Assembly: GCA_964019335.1 (NCBI GenBank)
Contig: OZ025731.1
Location: forward strand, 365,545-429,544
Length of the DNA: 64,000 nt
Direction: 5' to 3'
DNA from: Diplonema japonicum
Taxonomy: Eukaryota > Protista > Euglenozoa: Diplonemea
The position numbers and the translations under genes were made by a program. Below, one piece after another: positions 1 to 11,395 of the stretch (the first letter of the stretch is position 1; each line of letters opens with the position of its first letter). Under the pieces are notes generated by a model. It saw only the letters and a list, made by a program, of their open reading frames with translations, was not told the DNA's origin and ran no database searches.

Positions 1-400
1 GGCAATGAAATTCAGCGACAACATAGTGCGTCAGGCATATGCAGCTTGCATGTTTGCAAGTGGGATGAGGACAAAAGAGTCGCACAAACTGAAATTTAGC
101 GACGGTGTATCTCCCACACGCTGTAACCCAAATCCCACTTTTCACTTGTTGTAACCCTGTAACCTCCCACCCTTTCAAACCCGGCTCTTGTTAAATAAAA
201 CAACTTATTAGTGAAAATAAGAGCATTTTATTCCACTTGTGGTGGCAGGTTTAACTCGTAGCTTTTTACTTCACTCGCTGCGCTCGTGAAGTAAACAGGA
301 TATTAGTTCACTCGCTTCGCTCGTGAACTAAGATCCCTACTCGTTAAACCCCCTACCACGCGTGAAATAATGCTATCTTATTTTCACTTACTAAATAGCT
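1..400 (+). mobile_element. 3' part of a Crypton-like (tyrosine recombinase) element, with nested terminal hairpin
   Basis: YR fragment at 2-154, then a long imperfect inverted repeat (~209-392) enclosing two hairpins with TCGCTGCGCTCG / TCGCTTCGCTCG cores. Ends in TAAATAGCT, the reverse complement of the AGCTATTTA terminus of the other copies. Confidence 0.65.
2..154 (+). pseudogene. Tyrosine recombinase fragment (truncated)
   Basis: Translates AMKFSDNIVRQAYAACMFASGMRTKESHKLKFSD, alignable to IVACMFSGGMRACEVVSMEISD of the YR at 49 kb (catalytic Arg motif). Stops at 152-154. Confidence 0.7.
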
Positions 401-512
401 TTTTTTTTCTTCCCCCTCCGCCTTTTATCTCCAATTGTGTTAGGCCCTCGTCGAAAATGCCATTCAAATGCGTGGTCAAAATTGTCCTTTTGTTGCCGTT
501 GGTCATGCGATC

Positions 513-546
<34 letters not shown>

Positions 547-898
547 GAGTCTTTATTTTCTTTTTTCTTCAGGAAGGTCTGTGCCAGGCGGAGTAGGCAC
601 AGGCAGACCTCTCAAAAACAAGGGGTAACATGGATTACATTTGATTTCGGAAAAAGAAGAAAAAAAAATGTCCCCCACTATGTCTGAGAGGTGGCGCCGC
701 ACAGGTCAGAAGCTCACTCCAATGTCATCTGACAATAATTCTTAACGTCAGAAAATCGTTGTTGTGGTTTAAAAAAAAAAAGTGTAGGTGGAAACGGCTT
801 GCACAAAAACAATCAGCTGACTCTTTTTTGAGCCAGGGACGCTGTTTTCAGATATTCGTGCAATTTAAAAAAAAAAAAAGGAAAAAGAAAATGTGGTG

Positions 899-1150
899 TG
901 CTAACTAAACCCCTATGTTTTAGAAAACCCCCAAGTTTCTAAATGCCCAAATTAGACCCCTAGGCTTTAAAAGTTGCCGGATATGCAAAAGGGAGAGAGA
1001 AAAAAAAAACCCATTGGTGAAAAATCATGCCTTTGTGACCCAAGAATGCCCCAACAACTACTGGGATTCTTGGTCACTCAAGTAAACCCTTTTGCCTGTC
1101 TGTGAGGGGGTTGGTTTTAAATTTTCCCAAACTTAGGGGTTTAGTTAGCA
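899..1150. mobile_element. MITE-like element
   Basis: Terminal inverted repeats TGCTAACTAAACCCCTA / TAGGGGTTTAGTTAGCA; internal hairpin GTGACCCAAGAAT...ATTCTTGGTCAC. Confidence 0.55.
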
Positions 1151-1809
1151 GCTTTCTCAAAAAAAAAAAAAAAAGTAGACTTGTACTCTTTGTTATGACG
1201 AGAAAAAAAGTTTTTTTTTTTACTTTACCATTTGCTTTTTTTCTTCTCTTTGTTCGAGCGAAAAAATACCAAAGTGCGAGACGAGTTTACCCTATAATAA
1301 TTTTTTTTTTTGTTCAGAGATCAGAATCATCTGATGAATGTTCTCAACTGGGGGGGGTCCCCCCAAAGTGGGGAAAGCAAGAGACAATTCTTTGGGTTCT
1401 AGGTCCTCTGTTTTTTTTTTCTTTTCTTTTCTTTTTTTTTTTTTGCAATTTTGAAAAAAAAAAAAAAAAATCGGCACTTTTTTTTTTCATTTTTACAGTA
1501 TCAGCTATATTTTATCTTCACAAACGAATGATGAAAGAAATTAATTCTATGTCACCCCTGAAAATAAGGTTTTTTTTCTTTTTTTTTTTTTTACTTCCCC
1601 CCCTCCTTTTTTTTTTCACCCCCGTTCCACAACGGAAATTCAAAATCACAGGAGTATTAAAAAAAAAAAAAGAGACACCCTTACAAGTGAAGTTTAAAAA
1701 AAAAAGGTCCCTACCCCCCCCTACCTCTTTGTGTTTTTTTTGTACTTTACGAATATACCTCTAAGTCCCGTTTTGACCCTTCGTTAGGCCCCCCGTCAAA
1801 AAAAATTGG

Positions 1810-1950
1810 ATGAATCTTGTTGTAGACCCGGCTGATCGTGAAGCCAGTAGCAAACAAGCGGGGTGTCCTTTTGTTGCACGAACAACCATCTCCGACAGAC
1901 ACTGTTGAAGGCATTGGCGTCCGTCTTGATGAGGATCGCAAGATTGCTCA
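1810..1950 (-). pseudogene. Decayed fragment of a CRE-type reverse transcriptase
   Basis: Minus strand reads ILIKTDANAFNSVCRRWL versus VILKIDYANAFNSVCRRQL in the RT at ~59420-59475; the DNA is also visibly similar. Confidence 0.7.
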
Positions 1951-2371
1951 ATGAGTAGAGATGTGGGGAAAAAAAAAAAAAAAAAAAAAAAGAGGGGACA
2001 AAAAGTTAATCTTTTCATTACCTTCGTCAACGTAGATTTCTTTTTTTTATATTTTTTGTTTTTTTGTTTTCTTTGAATGGAAAAAAAAAAAAAAAAAAAA
2101 AATGAAAAGTAGTAAAAATAAACGAAAAAAAAAGGGAAGCGAATTTTTATAGCCCGCCATCTGAATCCAGATTGGGAAAGAAGAGAACTAAAAAGGGGTG
2201 GGGGGGAAAATAAAAAAAAGAAAAAGAAAAAAAAACCTTATTTTATGAATTACATGCAGCCATGAATCGAAAAAGAAAAAAAAAAAAAAGATATTAGGAC
2301 CTCCTCCTCCCCCATCTCCCCTAATTAGGCCATTAAAAAAACAAGAATACCAAATCGCCGACGAAAGTAAC

Positions 2372-3049
2372 AATAGCTATTTACTAACAAGTAATGACTT
2401 TACCGTTACCTCGAGGTCGGTAAAGCATTACTTGGCGGTAGGTAAGTGGTTTTATTTCACGACACTCTGAAATTACTTCACCACGAGGGGCACAACAGGG
2501 TGACAAGGGGTACAACAAGAGAGGGGTTACAAAGGTTACAATACAAGTTGTTTTCCCTCCTTTTGTTGACTAAGAGCTGCCGCTGCCGCTGGCATTGCCA
2601 CTGTCACCATCTCTAATCAAGCCTTCCCATACCTGGCGCGGCCGCTGGCTCCTTTTTTTCTGCTGCTTCGGTATTTTGAAGTCATTTGGGGAGCTTGGGT
2701 AAGCTGACTAAGTTACCCTTACCCACAGAAGAGTTACCCCCAGAAACTGGGAACAAGGCCTAGCCAAAAGTGGGCAAATTGGGAGGAAAAAGTAGTCCAA
2801 CTTGGAACTGAGCCGAGGCAAAAGTTGGCCAATTGAGCTGAACCTGGGGGGAAATAGCAAACTGGGAGGAAAAAGTAGCCCCACTGGGAACCGAACCGAG
2901 GCAAAAATTGGCCTACCGAGGCATATTATTTAACGGAAACCCCCTATTACTTCACGGAAAACAGGCCATTATTTCACCCGTGAAGTAATGAGATTTAGCG
3001 TGAAGTAATGGGCCCCCCAGTGCGTGAAGTAATTTCTGAAGAGTGAAAT
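2372..3049 (-). mobile_element. Non-autonomous Crypton-like element, copy 1
   Basis: Starts AATAGCTATTTACT with a terminal hairpin; subterminal IR ATTTCAC..GAAATTACTTCAC / GTGAAGTAATTTC..GTGAAAT; near-identical ends at 6813-7151. Confidence 0.65.
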
Positions 3050-3098
3050 ATAAAAAAAAAATTGCCATGGCATTATGGCTTTTTTTTTTTTTTTGCAA

Positions 3099-3390
3099 GA
3101 ACGAGTCTTTGACTTGTCTAAACAAAAGGGGAACGTTGGCAACGTGTTTCGGGTTGACAAACTTCTCCAGGTTTTACCCGGCACGTACAAACAAAATGAC
3201 GGCACTAGACTGGGATGATCTGGTCCAATACGCGGACCTCGAGTACCCATCGGGAAGCACTCGCGCCCCTCACCTCGCGGATTGCATCTTCGAGGAGTGC
3301 GACACCTCGCACGGTGACACTGCGGTTCACTGTGCGAGGTGTGGCGCTAAAGGGCAGGCACGTACAAACAACGGCCAGTTCCTCTTTTTT
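3099..3390. repeat. Dispersed repeat (second copy at 40921-40995) carrying a ~160-bp structured insert
   Basis: GAACGAGTCTTTGACTTGTCTAAACAAAA...ACTTCTCCAGGTTTTA...GCCAGTTCCTC shared with 40921. Insert flanked by 15-bp direct repeat GGCACGTACAAACAA (3180-3194, 3357-3371). Confidence 0.65.
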
Positions 3391-3772
3391 CTTTCTTAAC
3401 TCTAGTTTCCGAAGTTTTAACCCCCAACCCAACACACCCGTTAGAATCAATGGACGTGGTGTTCGATAACTTTTTTTTGTTTTGTTTTTTTTTGCTTTTT
3501 TTTTTTGTTCTTCAATCCCCCCTCCCCGTTCCGCAAATTCAATACTACTTTTTTTTCTTTTTCTTTTTTTTTTCCCCAGTTACATCACCACCCTTGCATT
3601 CGCTTTTGCTCTGTTTCCGACCCTTTACCCGTACAGAAAGCAGATGAACTACAGGGGGGATACCTTTACCCCCCCCCCCCCCCCCCCCCGTTTGGTTGTC
3701 CCAGGCTGAACACTGGACCAAAAAAAAAGGGGGGAAATAAAAGAAAGGGGGAAAAAAAAAGAGAAAAAAAAC

Positions 3773-4603
3773 ATGAAAATCGCAGGTAAGATTTGCGCAG
3801 TGACAGGGGGTGGAAACGGCATCGGTGCGGCCATTGTGGAGGCCTTGTGCGAGAAGGGTGCGAAGGCGGTAATCGTGGCCGACATCGACATTGAAGGCTG
3901 CAGGCGTGTGGAGGAGTCCATGACGCAGCGCTACCCGAAAACCAAGGTCATCGTCCAAAGGTGCGACGTCACTAACGAGGGAAACATCAGGTCCCTGGTG
4001 CTGACGGCGAAGGTTCGATTCTTAAGAGGTATCGACCTCTTCGTGGCCAACGCAGGCATCACAGGGGGGTTCGGCGGACCAGAAGTGTCCAACAGGGAGT
4101 GGGAGGACATCTTCCAAATCAACGTAATGCACATAATTCAAGCCGCAAGGCACGCTCTCCCCGATATGCTTGCAAAGGGCGAAGGCGGTTTCATCATCAC
4201 AGCCTCTGCCGCAGGCCTTCTCTCGCAGATTGGAAGCCTGCCTTACACCGTTACCAAGCGTGCAGCTGTGAGCGTTGCGGAGTGGTTATCCATTACGTAC
4301 GGCGACGCTGGTATTTCCGTCTCATGTTTATGCCCTCAAGCAGTGGACACAAACATGATTAAAGGTGCGCCTGGTGGTGGTGTTGCTGGTGTCGATGGTG
4401 TGCTGCAGCCTCTTCCCGTTGCACGCGAGACTCTCAATACTTTTGAGGACGGAAAGTTTCTTGTTCTTCCCCACAAGTCGGTTTCCGGGTATGTTAAAGG
4501 CAAAGCCAATGACCCTGACAAGTGGATCCTCGGGATGCGTGGGTTGATGAAAAGATCGGGAGGCGGGCTTCTTATGCCACCCCGCCCAAGTGCTAAAATG
4601 TGA
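3773..4603 (+). CDS. Short-chain dehydrogenase/reductase (SDR)
   Basis: TGGGNGIG Rossmann motif, ANAG, S...YTVTK catalytic motif; 276 aa, intronless. Confidence 0.95.
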   Translation: MKIAGKICAVTGGGNGIGAAIVEALCEKGAKAVIVADIDIEGCRRVEESMTQRYPKTKVIVQRCDVTNEGNIRSLVLTAKVRFLRGIDLFVANAGITGGFGGPEVSNREWEDIFQINVMHIIQAARHALPDMLAKGEGGFIITASAAGLLSQIGSLPYTVTKRAAVSVAEWLSITYGDAGISVSCLCPQAVDTNMIKGAPGGGVAGVDGVLQPLPVARETLNTFEDGKFLVLPHKSVSGYVKGKANDPDKWILGMRGLMKRSGGGLLMPPRPSAKM

Positions 4604-4891
4604 GATTTTTTTTTTTTTTGAAAAATTTGTTTGTTTTTTGTTTTGTTTTTTTGTTTTCTTTAAAGCTTATCTACCAACGAGGATGTATTTTTTTTTTTTT
4701 GTTTTTTTATAAAAAGTAAAAACTTTTTTCGCTGAACAGGCTTTCGTTGTCCAAAACTACGAATACCCCCCCTCCCCGTTGGTGGATGGTTTAAAAAAAG
4801 AAGGAAAAAAAGAAGGCACCACCATGCTCTGTTCTTTTTTTTTTCTTCTTCTTTTTCATTTTTTTTATTAACAATATTTATTGTCAAAGAC

Positions 4892-4932
<41 letters not shown>

Positions 4933-5187
4933 AAACTAGTTGATGGCAGCCGTAAATTGGTTATTAAATACCGCTCGTGGGAAGAGACAAGGGGGGGGAA
5001 AAAAGTTTTAAAAAAAGATTTTTTTTTCCCCCCTCACACCCCCTCTTCCCCTCCCCCCTCTTTTTTTTTTTTTTTTACGATTTTTATGCGGCCTCTATAT
5101 TTTGAGCTTCCTCCCACCTTGGAAGTCAACAGCAAAGTATAGATACACAAAATAAAAAACGTTATCATTAGGTAGTAAAGAAAAAAT

Positions 5188-5673
5188 ATGGGTTGCGGGC
5201 TGGCAAAATCTGCATCAGGCAGCGAAGTAATTATGAATGAGCCGTCTCCTCTCCACTGCGCCCTGAGGATGAAACGGTGCAGCATAGTGGCTGGGCTGAA
5301 GATTGCCATGGCAAGGGACCTTTACTCGGATACTAGGAGCGCCTCCTCTCTGGAGAGCAGTGACAGAAGAAGGCTTGAGTCATGGGTAAAAGAAGTCCCT
5401 GCTTGCAGCAGTGACAGCGATGAAACGGCAGAATCACGAAGCGTCACTTCTGACGAAAGCTTGCACACAATTGAGGAAAATCCTTTTGTGCCCGAACCAC
5501 TGCCGCCTGCCCGTTCGGGTTGTTGCCTCTCCCCAGTGCGGCTGACTACAAAAATGCAGCTTGTTGCCCTGGAGGAACACGGACGCCGGGCGTCCATTGC
5601 AACGTCCCCTCTAGATGTTGTTCTTCGGTTGCCACCTGCAGCGCGTAAGCAGCTGCCGCCTCTTCTTAAGTAA
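5188..5673 (+). CDS. Hypothetical protein, possibly N-myristoylated/palmitoylated
   Basis: 161-aa homopolymer-free GC-rich ORF beginning MGCG. Confidence 0.7.
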   Translation: MGCGLAKSASGSEVIMNEPSPLHCALRMKRCSIVAGLKIAMARDLYSDTRSASSLESSDRRRLESWVKEVPACSSDSDETAESRSVTSDESLHTIEENPFVPEPLPPARSGCCLSPVRLTTKMQLVALEEHGRRASIATSPLDVVLRLPPAARKQLPPLLK

Positions 5674-5675
5674 TC

Positions 5676-5729
<54 letters not shown>

Positions 5730-5854
5730 ATGAACAAGAAAAACAATATATTGATAATGAATTGTTATTGCTAAAAAGAGTAGTGGTAGCATTGTTGGGC
5801 TTATCATTCTACAGGTTAACCCCGGCTGTGCACAAAACAACAATCAACCGGACT

Positions 5855-5899
<45 letters not shown>

Positions 5900-6812
5900 G
5901 CGATTGGAAGGGGAAATAAAAAAAAAGGAAGGGTTCATCAAACAAAACAAAGGGAAAAAAAAAGAGCAAAAATAAAATAAATTCTGCAAAATTCCTTCCC
6001 CCCCCCTTCCCCAGCGACCCGAATCGATTTACCGCACCCTTCCTTTATCCTTCCCCTGCGCGCTGTATTTTTTTTAAAGGAACAGAAGAATCCCTTTCTT
6101 CAGCTTTAATTCCTTTCAGTTTTTTTTTTTTTTTCTTCTTGAGTTGAAATTTTATCGAGTTTTTCCTTTTTTTTTTTTTTAAAAAAAATGCTATTTTTTT
6201 TTCGCCCACAGCCCTTAGAAGAGTTTAAAAAAAAAAGAACCGGGAGCAAAAGGCGGAAAGAAAAAAAAAAAGGAAAAAAAAAGGGAGAAAATGATGGAGT
6301 GCAACTTTCCTCGTTTAAAAAGAAAAAGAAAAAAAAAGTGAGAGAAAAAAAAAAAAGAAGAAGAAAAAAATACCATTTACGGCAACCAAACAACTTTGTT
6401 TCTTTTCTTTTAGTCGTAAAACTTTTTTGTAGTTGGTTATATTCCAAAAGAAAAAAAAGAAAAAGAAAAGAAATAGTGCCTCCCTTTTTTTTTCTAGTCG
6501 TAATCACTTCTTATCCTCCTCGGACAGAGGACGCAACTTTCTTTTTTTTTTTTTTTTTTTTTTTTTCCAACATCATTCACATCTTTGTTATTTAATGGTG
6601 AGCATTTTTCTAGCTCGCTGACAGTTTTTATCCATGTTATTGATTCTTATTATTATTATTTTTTTTTTTATTTCTGCGGGAGACCAAGGATTTAGATTAT
6701 ATTATACTTGGGTTCCACCGCTGTTTTTTTTTTTTTTTTTTTCTTCATTATTAAGCTAAGTCGGAGCCATCTTTTAATTGCTCCTTACTTACATATCCCA
6801 GAAAATATTCTT

Positions 6813-7147
6813 AATAGCTATTTACTGCCAACAAGTAATGACTTTACCGTTACCTCGAGGTCGGTAAAGCATTACTTGGCGGTAGGTAAGTGGTTTTATT
6901 TCACGACACTCTGAAATTACTTCACCGCGTTGTCGCTGGCGCGGCCACTCGCTCCTCACTTTCTGCTGCTTGTGTGTGCGTTATTTTGCTGACTAAATAT
7001 GAAAAGTTGTAACTGGGAACAAGGCCTAGCCAAAAGTGGGCAAATTGGAGGAAAAGGTAGTCGACCTTGGAACCGAGCCGAGGCAAAAGCTGGCCAATTG
7101 AGCTGAACCTGGGGGGCCCTAGTGCGTGAAGTAATTTCTGAAGAGTG

Positions 7148-7151
<4 letters not shown>
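6813..7151 (-). mobile_element. Non-autonomous Crypton-like element, copy 2
   Basis: Same termini and internal AACTGGGAACAAGGCCTAGCC block as 2372-3049, internally deleted. Confidence 0.65.
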
Positions 7152-7186
<35 letters not shown>

Positions 7187-7923
7187 AGAAGGATTGTACT
7201 AACAAAACAAACAACAACAGAATACCTCTTTTTTTTTTTCTTTTTTTTTTTTTTTGCCCCTCCCCTTTTTTTTTTCCCTGTTTTCTTTGTGCATGTGATG
7301 CTTCCCCCCTGAGTCCGAAGAAGAAAAACAAGGGAGAAAAAAAAAAAGAAACGCGAAAAAGATCTTTGGTTTTAAAAGCTTGAAAGCACCAGAATTAAGG
7401 GAGAAGAGAGAGAGAGAGTGTGTGGGTTTTTTTTTTTAACCCTGAGAAAAACATTTACTTCTAAAATTCTTGATTCCCCCCCCCCCCCCCCCCCCTGCTC
7501 TTCCGAGCCCTTAATGGTACCCAAAGAGCGCTAATCACTATTGAAACCAAACAATACCCCTCCCCCAGTAAGTGCCAAGTGTCAAGGTTTGACTAAAGGT
7601 ACGGAATCTGATTTCAAATAAGGGCCCCTACCTTATTTTTTTTTTGTGGGCCGTTGCTAACCACCGTTTCCTATCATAGTGAAAAAAAAAAAAGATCTTT
7701 TTTTTTATTATTCGTGCGTACTTTGCCCCTACAAAAAAAGAATTTTTCTGTTTTTTAACCCGTAAAAAGAGGACCGCTTGATTTTTTGCTCCCCTCCCTT
7801 TTTTTTAGGCGATCCTGTGTACTGCAGGTTCCCTTCAAGGACATCTTTTTTTTTTTTTTTTTGTGGGCTAGAAGAAAGGTTACCTACACTGACTTTTGTT
7901 GTTGTGTTAATTACGTTTTGACT

Positions 7924-7958
<35 letters not shown>

Positions 7959-9012
7959 AGAAACTGTTAGTTATGTGTGGTGGCCCGGTAACTTTTGAAA
8001 AATCTGTTTTAGACTGATTAATCAGTTGCGGTCCTCTAGGGGATTTAAAAAAAAAAAAAAAAAGGACCCTCCTCCCACAACCCCCGCTTCTTCCCTGTCT
8101 ACGACATGCCTTTCACACCTTGAAATATATTGCTGCCTGGTGGTCGACCAGCTGCTGTCACCATCCTTAGGCGTCATTAGGCAGGAGGAGGTTTTTTTTT
8201 TTTTTTTTTTGGCTGACAAATATTTATGGGTACGCCGAAACATTTTCAACTTGAACACCTAGTTTAGTTTCGGGGTTACTCTTACAGCCTTCTTCTTGCT
8301 TGCTTTTTTTTTTTTTTTTTTTTTTTTTCTTTCCCCCCTTTCTCCCTCTCCCCCGTCCCCCTGGTACCAGGGTGGAAATATAATACTTCTAGTGATATTT
8401 CCCTTCCACAATCAATTTAAAAAAAAAAAAAAAAAAAAAAAAAGAAATAAGAAAGAAATAAAAGCAAAAGGACAGCCAGAGAGAGAGAGAGGCAGGGGGG
8501 GGAAGGGGGAAAAAAAGTTTCTTTCCATGTGAGCCCCGGTCGTTGTGGGGGGTTAGAAAAAACACGTGAACCATCAAACTTTTTTTCTCTTTCCCCCCCC
8601 CCCCCCCCGGCGAACAGAAAACACTTGATAAAATAAGTCAAAAAGAAAAAAGAGAAAAAGAAAGCTTAGGCAGCAGTGTGTGGGTTACAAAATACTGTAA
8701 AGCGAGCAATGTCGTCCCGACAAATTCCGGCAAAAAAGAAAAAGTTTGTAATTCCAGCACACACTGATTAAAAATGTGCTTACTCTTCTTTATCATTATT
8801 TGCTTCATATGTTTTTTTTTCTTCATTCAGCCCCTCTCTTGTGAATCTGCTAAATAAACCCTGTATGGGTGGGATTTCTTCTTATCTTTTCCTTCCCCCC
8901 CCCCCATTTTTGTCCTTTGCTAGAAACGAAAAAGAAATATGTAAACAAAAAGAAAGCAAAAAATAAAAAAATAAAAAAAGAGAAAGGGGGAAAAAAAAAA
9001 CTCTGTCCCTTT

Positions 9013-9043
<31 letters not shown>

Positions 9044-9678
9044 TTTTCCTTTTGTAAAATGAAAAATTAGCCGGAAAAGAAAAAAAAAAAAAAAAAAATC
9101 ATCTGGTCGGTCAGGGCCCTCCTGGAGACATTTTTTTATTTTCCTTCCTGTGATTTTTCCTTTTTACAGTATTTTGTCTTTTTTTTTTAAAAAAGTTTTT
9201 CTAACTAAATGCCAACATGTATCGAGCCAAAAAAAAAAAATTCCTTTTTGCTCGTGCGAATCAAACAACGAAGCACAACAAAAGCCAAATAGTCAAGAAT
9301 TCCCCCCCCCCCCCCCCCAGGGATTTTCTGCTGTGCAAAAAAAAAAAAAAAAAGGAAATGCAAGCGATATTATTTTAATATTGTTTCTAATACGGGGGAT
9401 TTAATTCCCTTTTTTACGGCACAAAATGATGCTCCTTCCCTCCATCTACCCCTCTCAGCCCGTTGCTCAAAATGTCTCCTCTCCACCCCTTTTACTCTCT
9501 TTTAAAAGAGGAGGTAATCTGAATTGTTCAAAGGAGAAAAAAGTGCAAGCTGCCGATGACTTGCGCCTACTAGGCATTCCTCATTCAAGGAGAATAATTG
9601 CAATCATCGATCCTCATCACGACGCAAGTTCAGTTAGGTTGCCGAAAAGCAATCAGTAGTCGGGAGATTAAAAAAAAG

Positions 9679-9713
<35 letters not shown>

Positions 9714-11395
9714 TTTCTTTTTTTTTTTTTTTAAAGTTGTTTAAGATACTGAAGTAGTGATTCATGAGTAATATGGTGGATAGTATTTAGCTTCGGTGTA
9801 AAAAAGGAAGATGCCTCCCCCCCCACCCCTACCGCAGGAAACGAGGACCAAGCGACGATTCACTCCAACGTTTGCTTAGATTTTTTTTTTTTTTTTTATA
9901 TTTTTTTTTTATATTCGTATTCATATTCTGAACAGGGTTATCCGACATTATTTCTTTAATAACCCTTTGTTTACGATGCAAAAAAAAAAAAAAGGAGAAA
10001 AAAAGAAACGTACACCAGGGTAACCAGTTAACTTTTTTTTCCACCCAAGTCTGTAAGCAGAACTACTAAACCATGTAAGTAAGAACTGGTTGTAAAAAAA
10101 AAAGTTGGAGGTTGAAGGCGACGGTAGAAAAAAGTTATTTGGTTACCGTACGTTGTTTTTCTCAAAGAAAACGGAAAAAAGGAAAAAGAAAAAAAAGAAA
10201 TGTTTAAAAAAAAGTTTTTGTTCTCACTATTTTGTGACAACCCTCCCCCCGGGTTACTGTTAAAAAATGTTAAGTTGCAAAGAAAAAAAAAAAAAAAAAA
10301 GATCTTCACCCCTCTTTTACGGACTAAGGTTGAAAGAAACAAAAAGAAGAAAATATACCGTATGCTCTCCCTCTTTTGTGACGAACAGTTGTCATTGTAT
10401 GATACCGATGGGGGAGGTCAATTCGAACAAATCTTTTTTTTTTTTAAACAAGTGCGAATTCATATCACACCCTTTCCCCCCCCCCCCCCCCCTTTTCTTT
10501 TATAATTATTAGGGGTTTTTTCTTATCAAACAATATTACGTTCTCCCACCGGAGCACCAGGGCAGCAGTTATGTGTCGGGTAGAAAACTATCTCTAACTT
10601 GTCGAGGAAAAAAAAAAAAAAAAAAAAAAAACTTTTTTAAGTAGTCACTCGCTGATAATTTTTCTTTGAATTCCCTGGTCAGGTGGGGTGAACTTTCTAT
10701 ACCTTATATTTTTTAAGAGCTCCGCCTGCCCGTACGAACATTTTCATGAGCGGGGAAGAAACTTAGGGAGTCTTGGAAGGCCTGTGTTGTGAGCCTGCAA
10801 CAGCCTCTTTAGGTTCTGAGGAGCACGAAGTAATTCTATTTAAACCACAAAAAAAAAAAAAAAAGAAATAACGAAAAGGCTACACCCCTTTGCCCCTCGA
10901 TTTTCTTTCGCTCCTTTCCAGCTTCCTTCCCCCACTTTTTTTTTTGTACTTTTTTTAGTACCAGCAGAGAAAAAAGAAATGGCCGGAAAACTATCGCGAC
11001 AAGCAAAAGCACACGTAAGAGGAAGAGGGGAGGGGGGTTTTTTTTTGTTTTATTTAGAATCTATGAAGACCGAAAAAAAGAGGAGATGAATACTTTAAAA
11101 AAAGAAAAAAGAATGAACTGAAGAAAACCTCCGGACTGACAAATTCCCGGACGCAAAAAAGAAATAAAGAAAAGAAGAAGAAGAAAAAAAAAGAGTACCG
11201 TCAGGGCAGGTGGATCTTAAAAGAGAAAACCCCCCCCTCGGACGGGGAAAAAAAGAAAAAGAAACTTGTGTACAGCTTTTAGCTGCCTGGTTCTCCTATA
11301 CCCACCACCTCCCCCCGCCTCCCTTTTTTTTTTTTTTTTTTTTCATAAAAAAAAACTCCCCCCCCCCCCCCCCCCCACAGGGTCCTCTTCGTTTC

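Noticed and set aside
3255-3356. HDV-like ribozyme (hairpin followed by GCTAA-AGGGC)
   Set aside because: The L3 loop would be ~20 nt and the P1.1 GG is missing; kept only as a structured insert.
370-11200. Many short poly-Phe/poly-Lys ORFs here and in other spacers
   Set aside because: Artefacts of homopolymer tracts, which lack stop codons; no protein-like composition.
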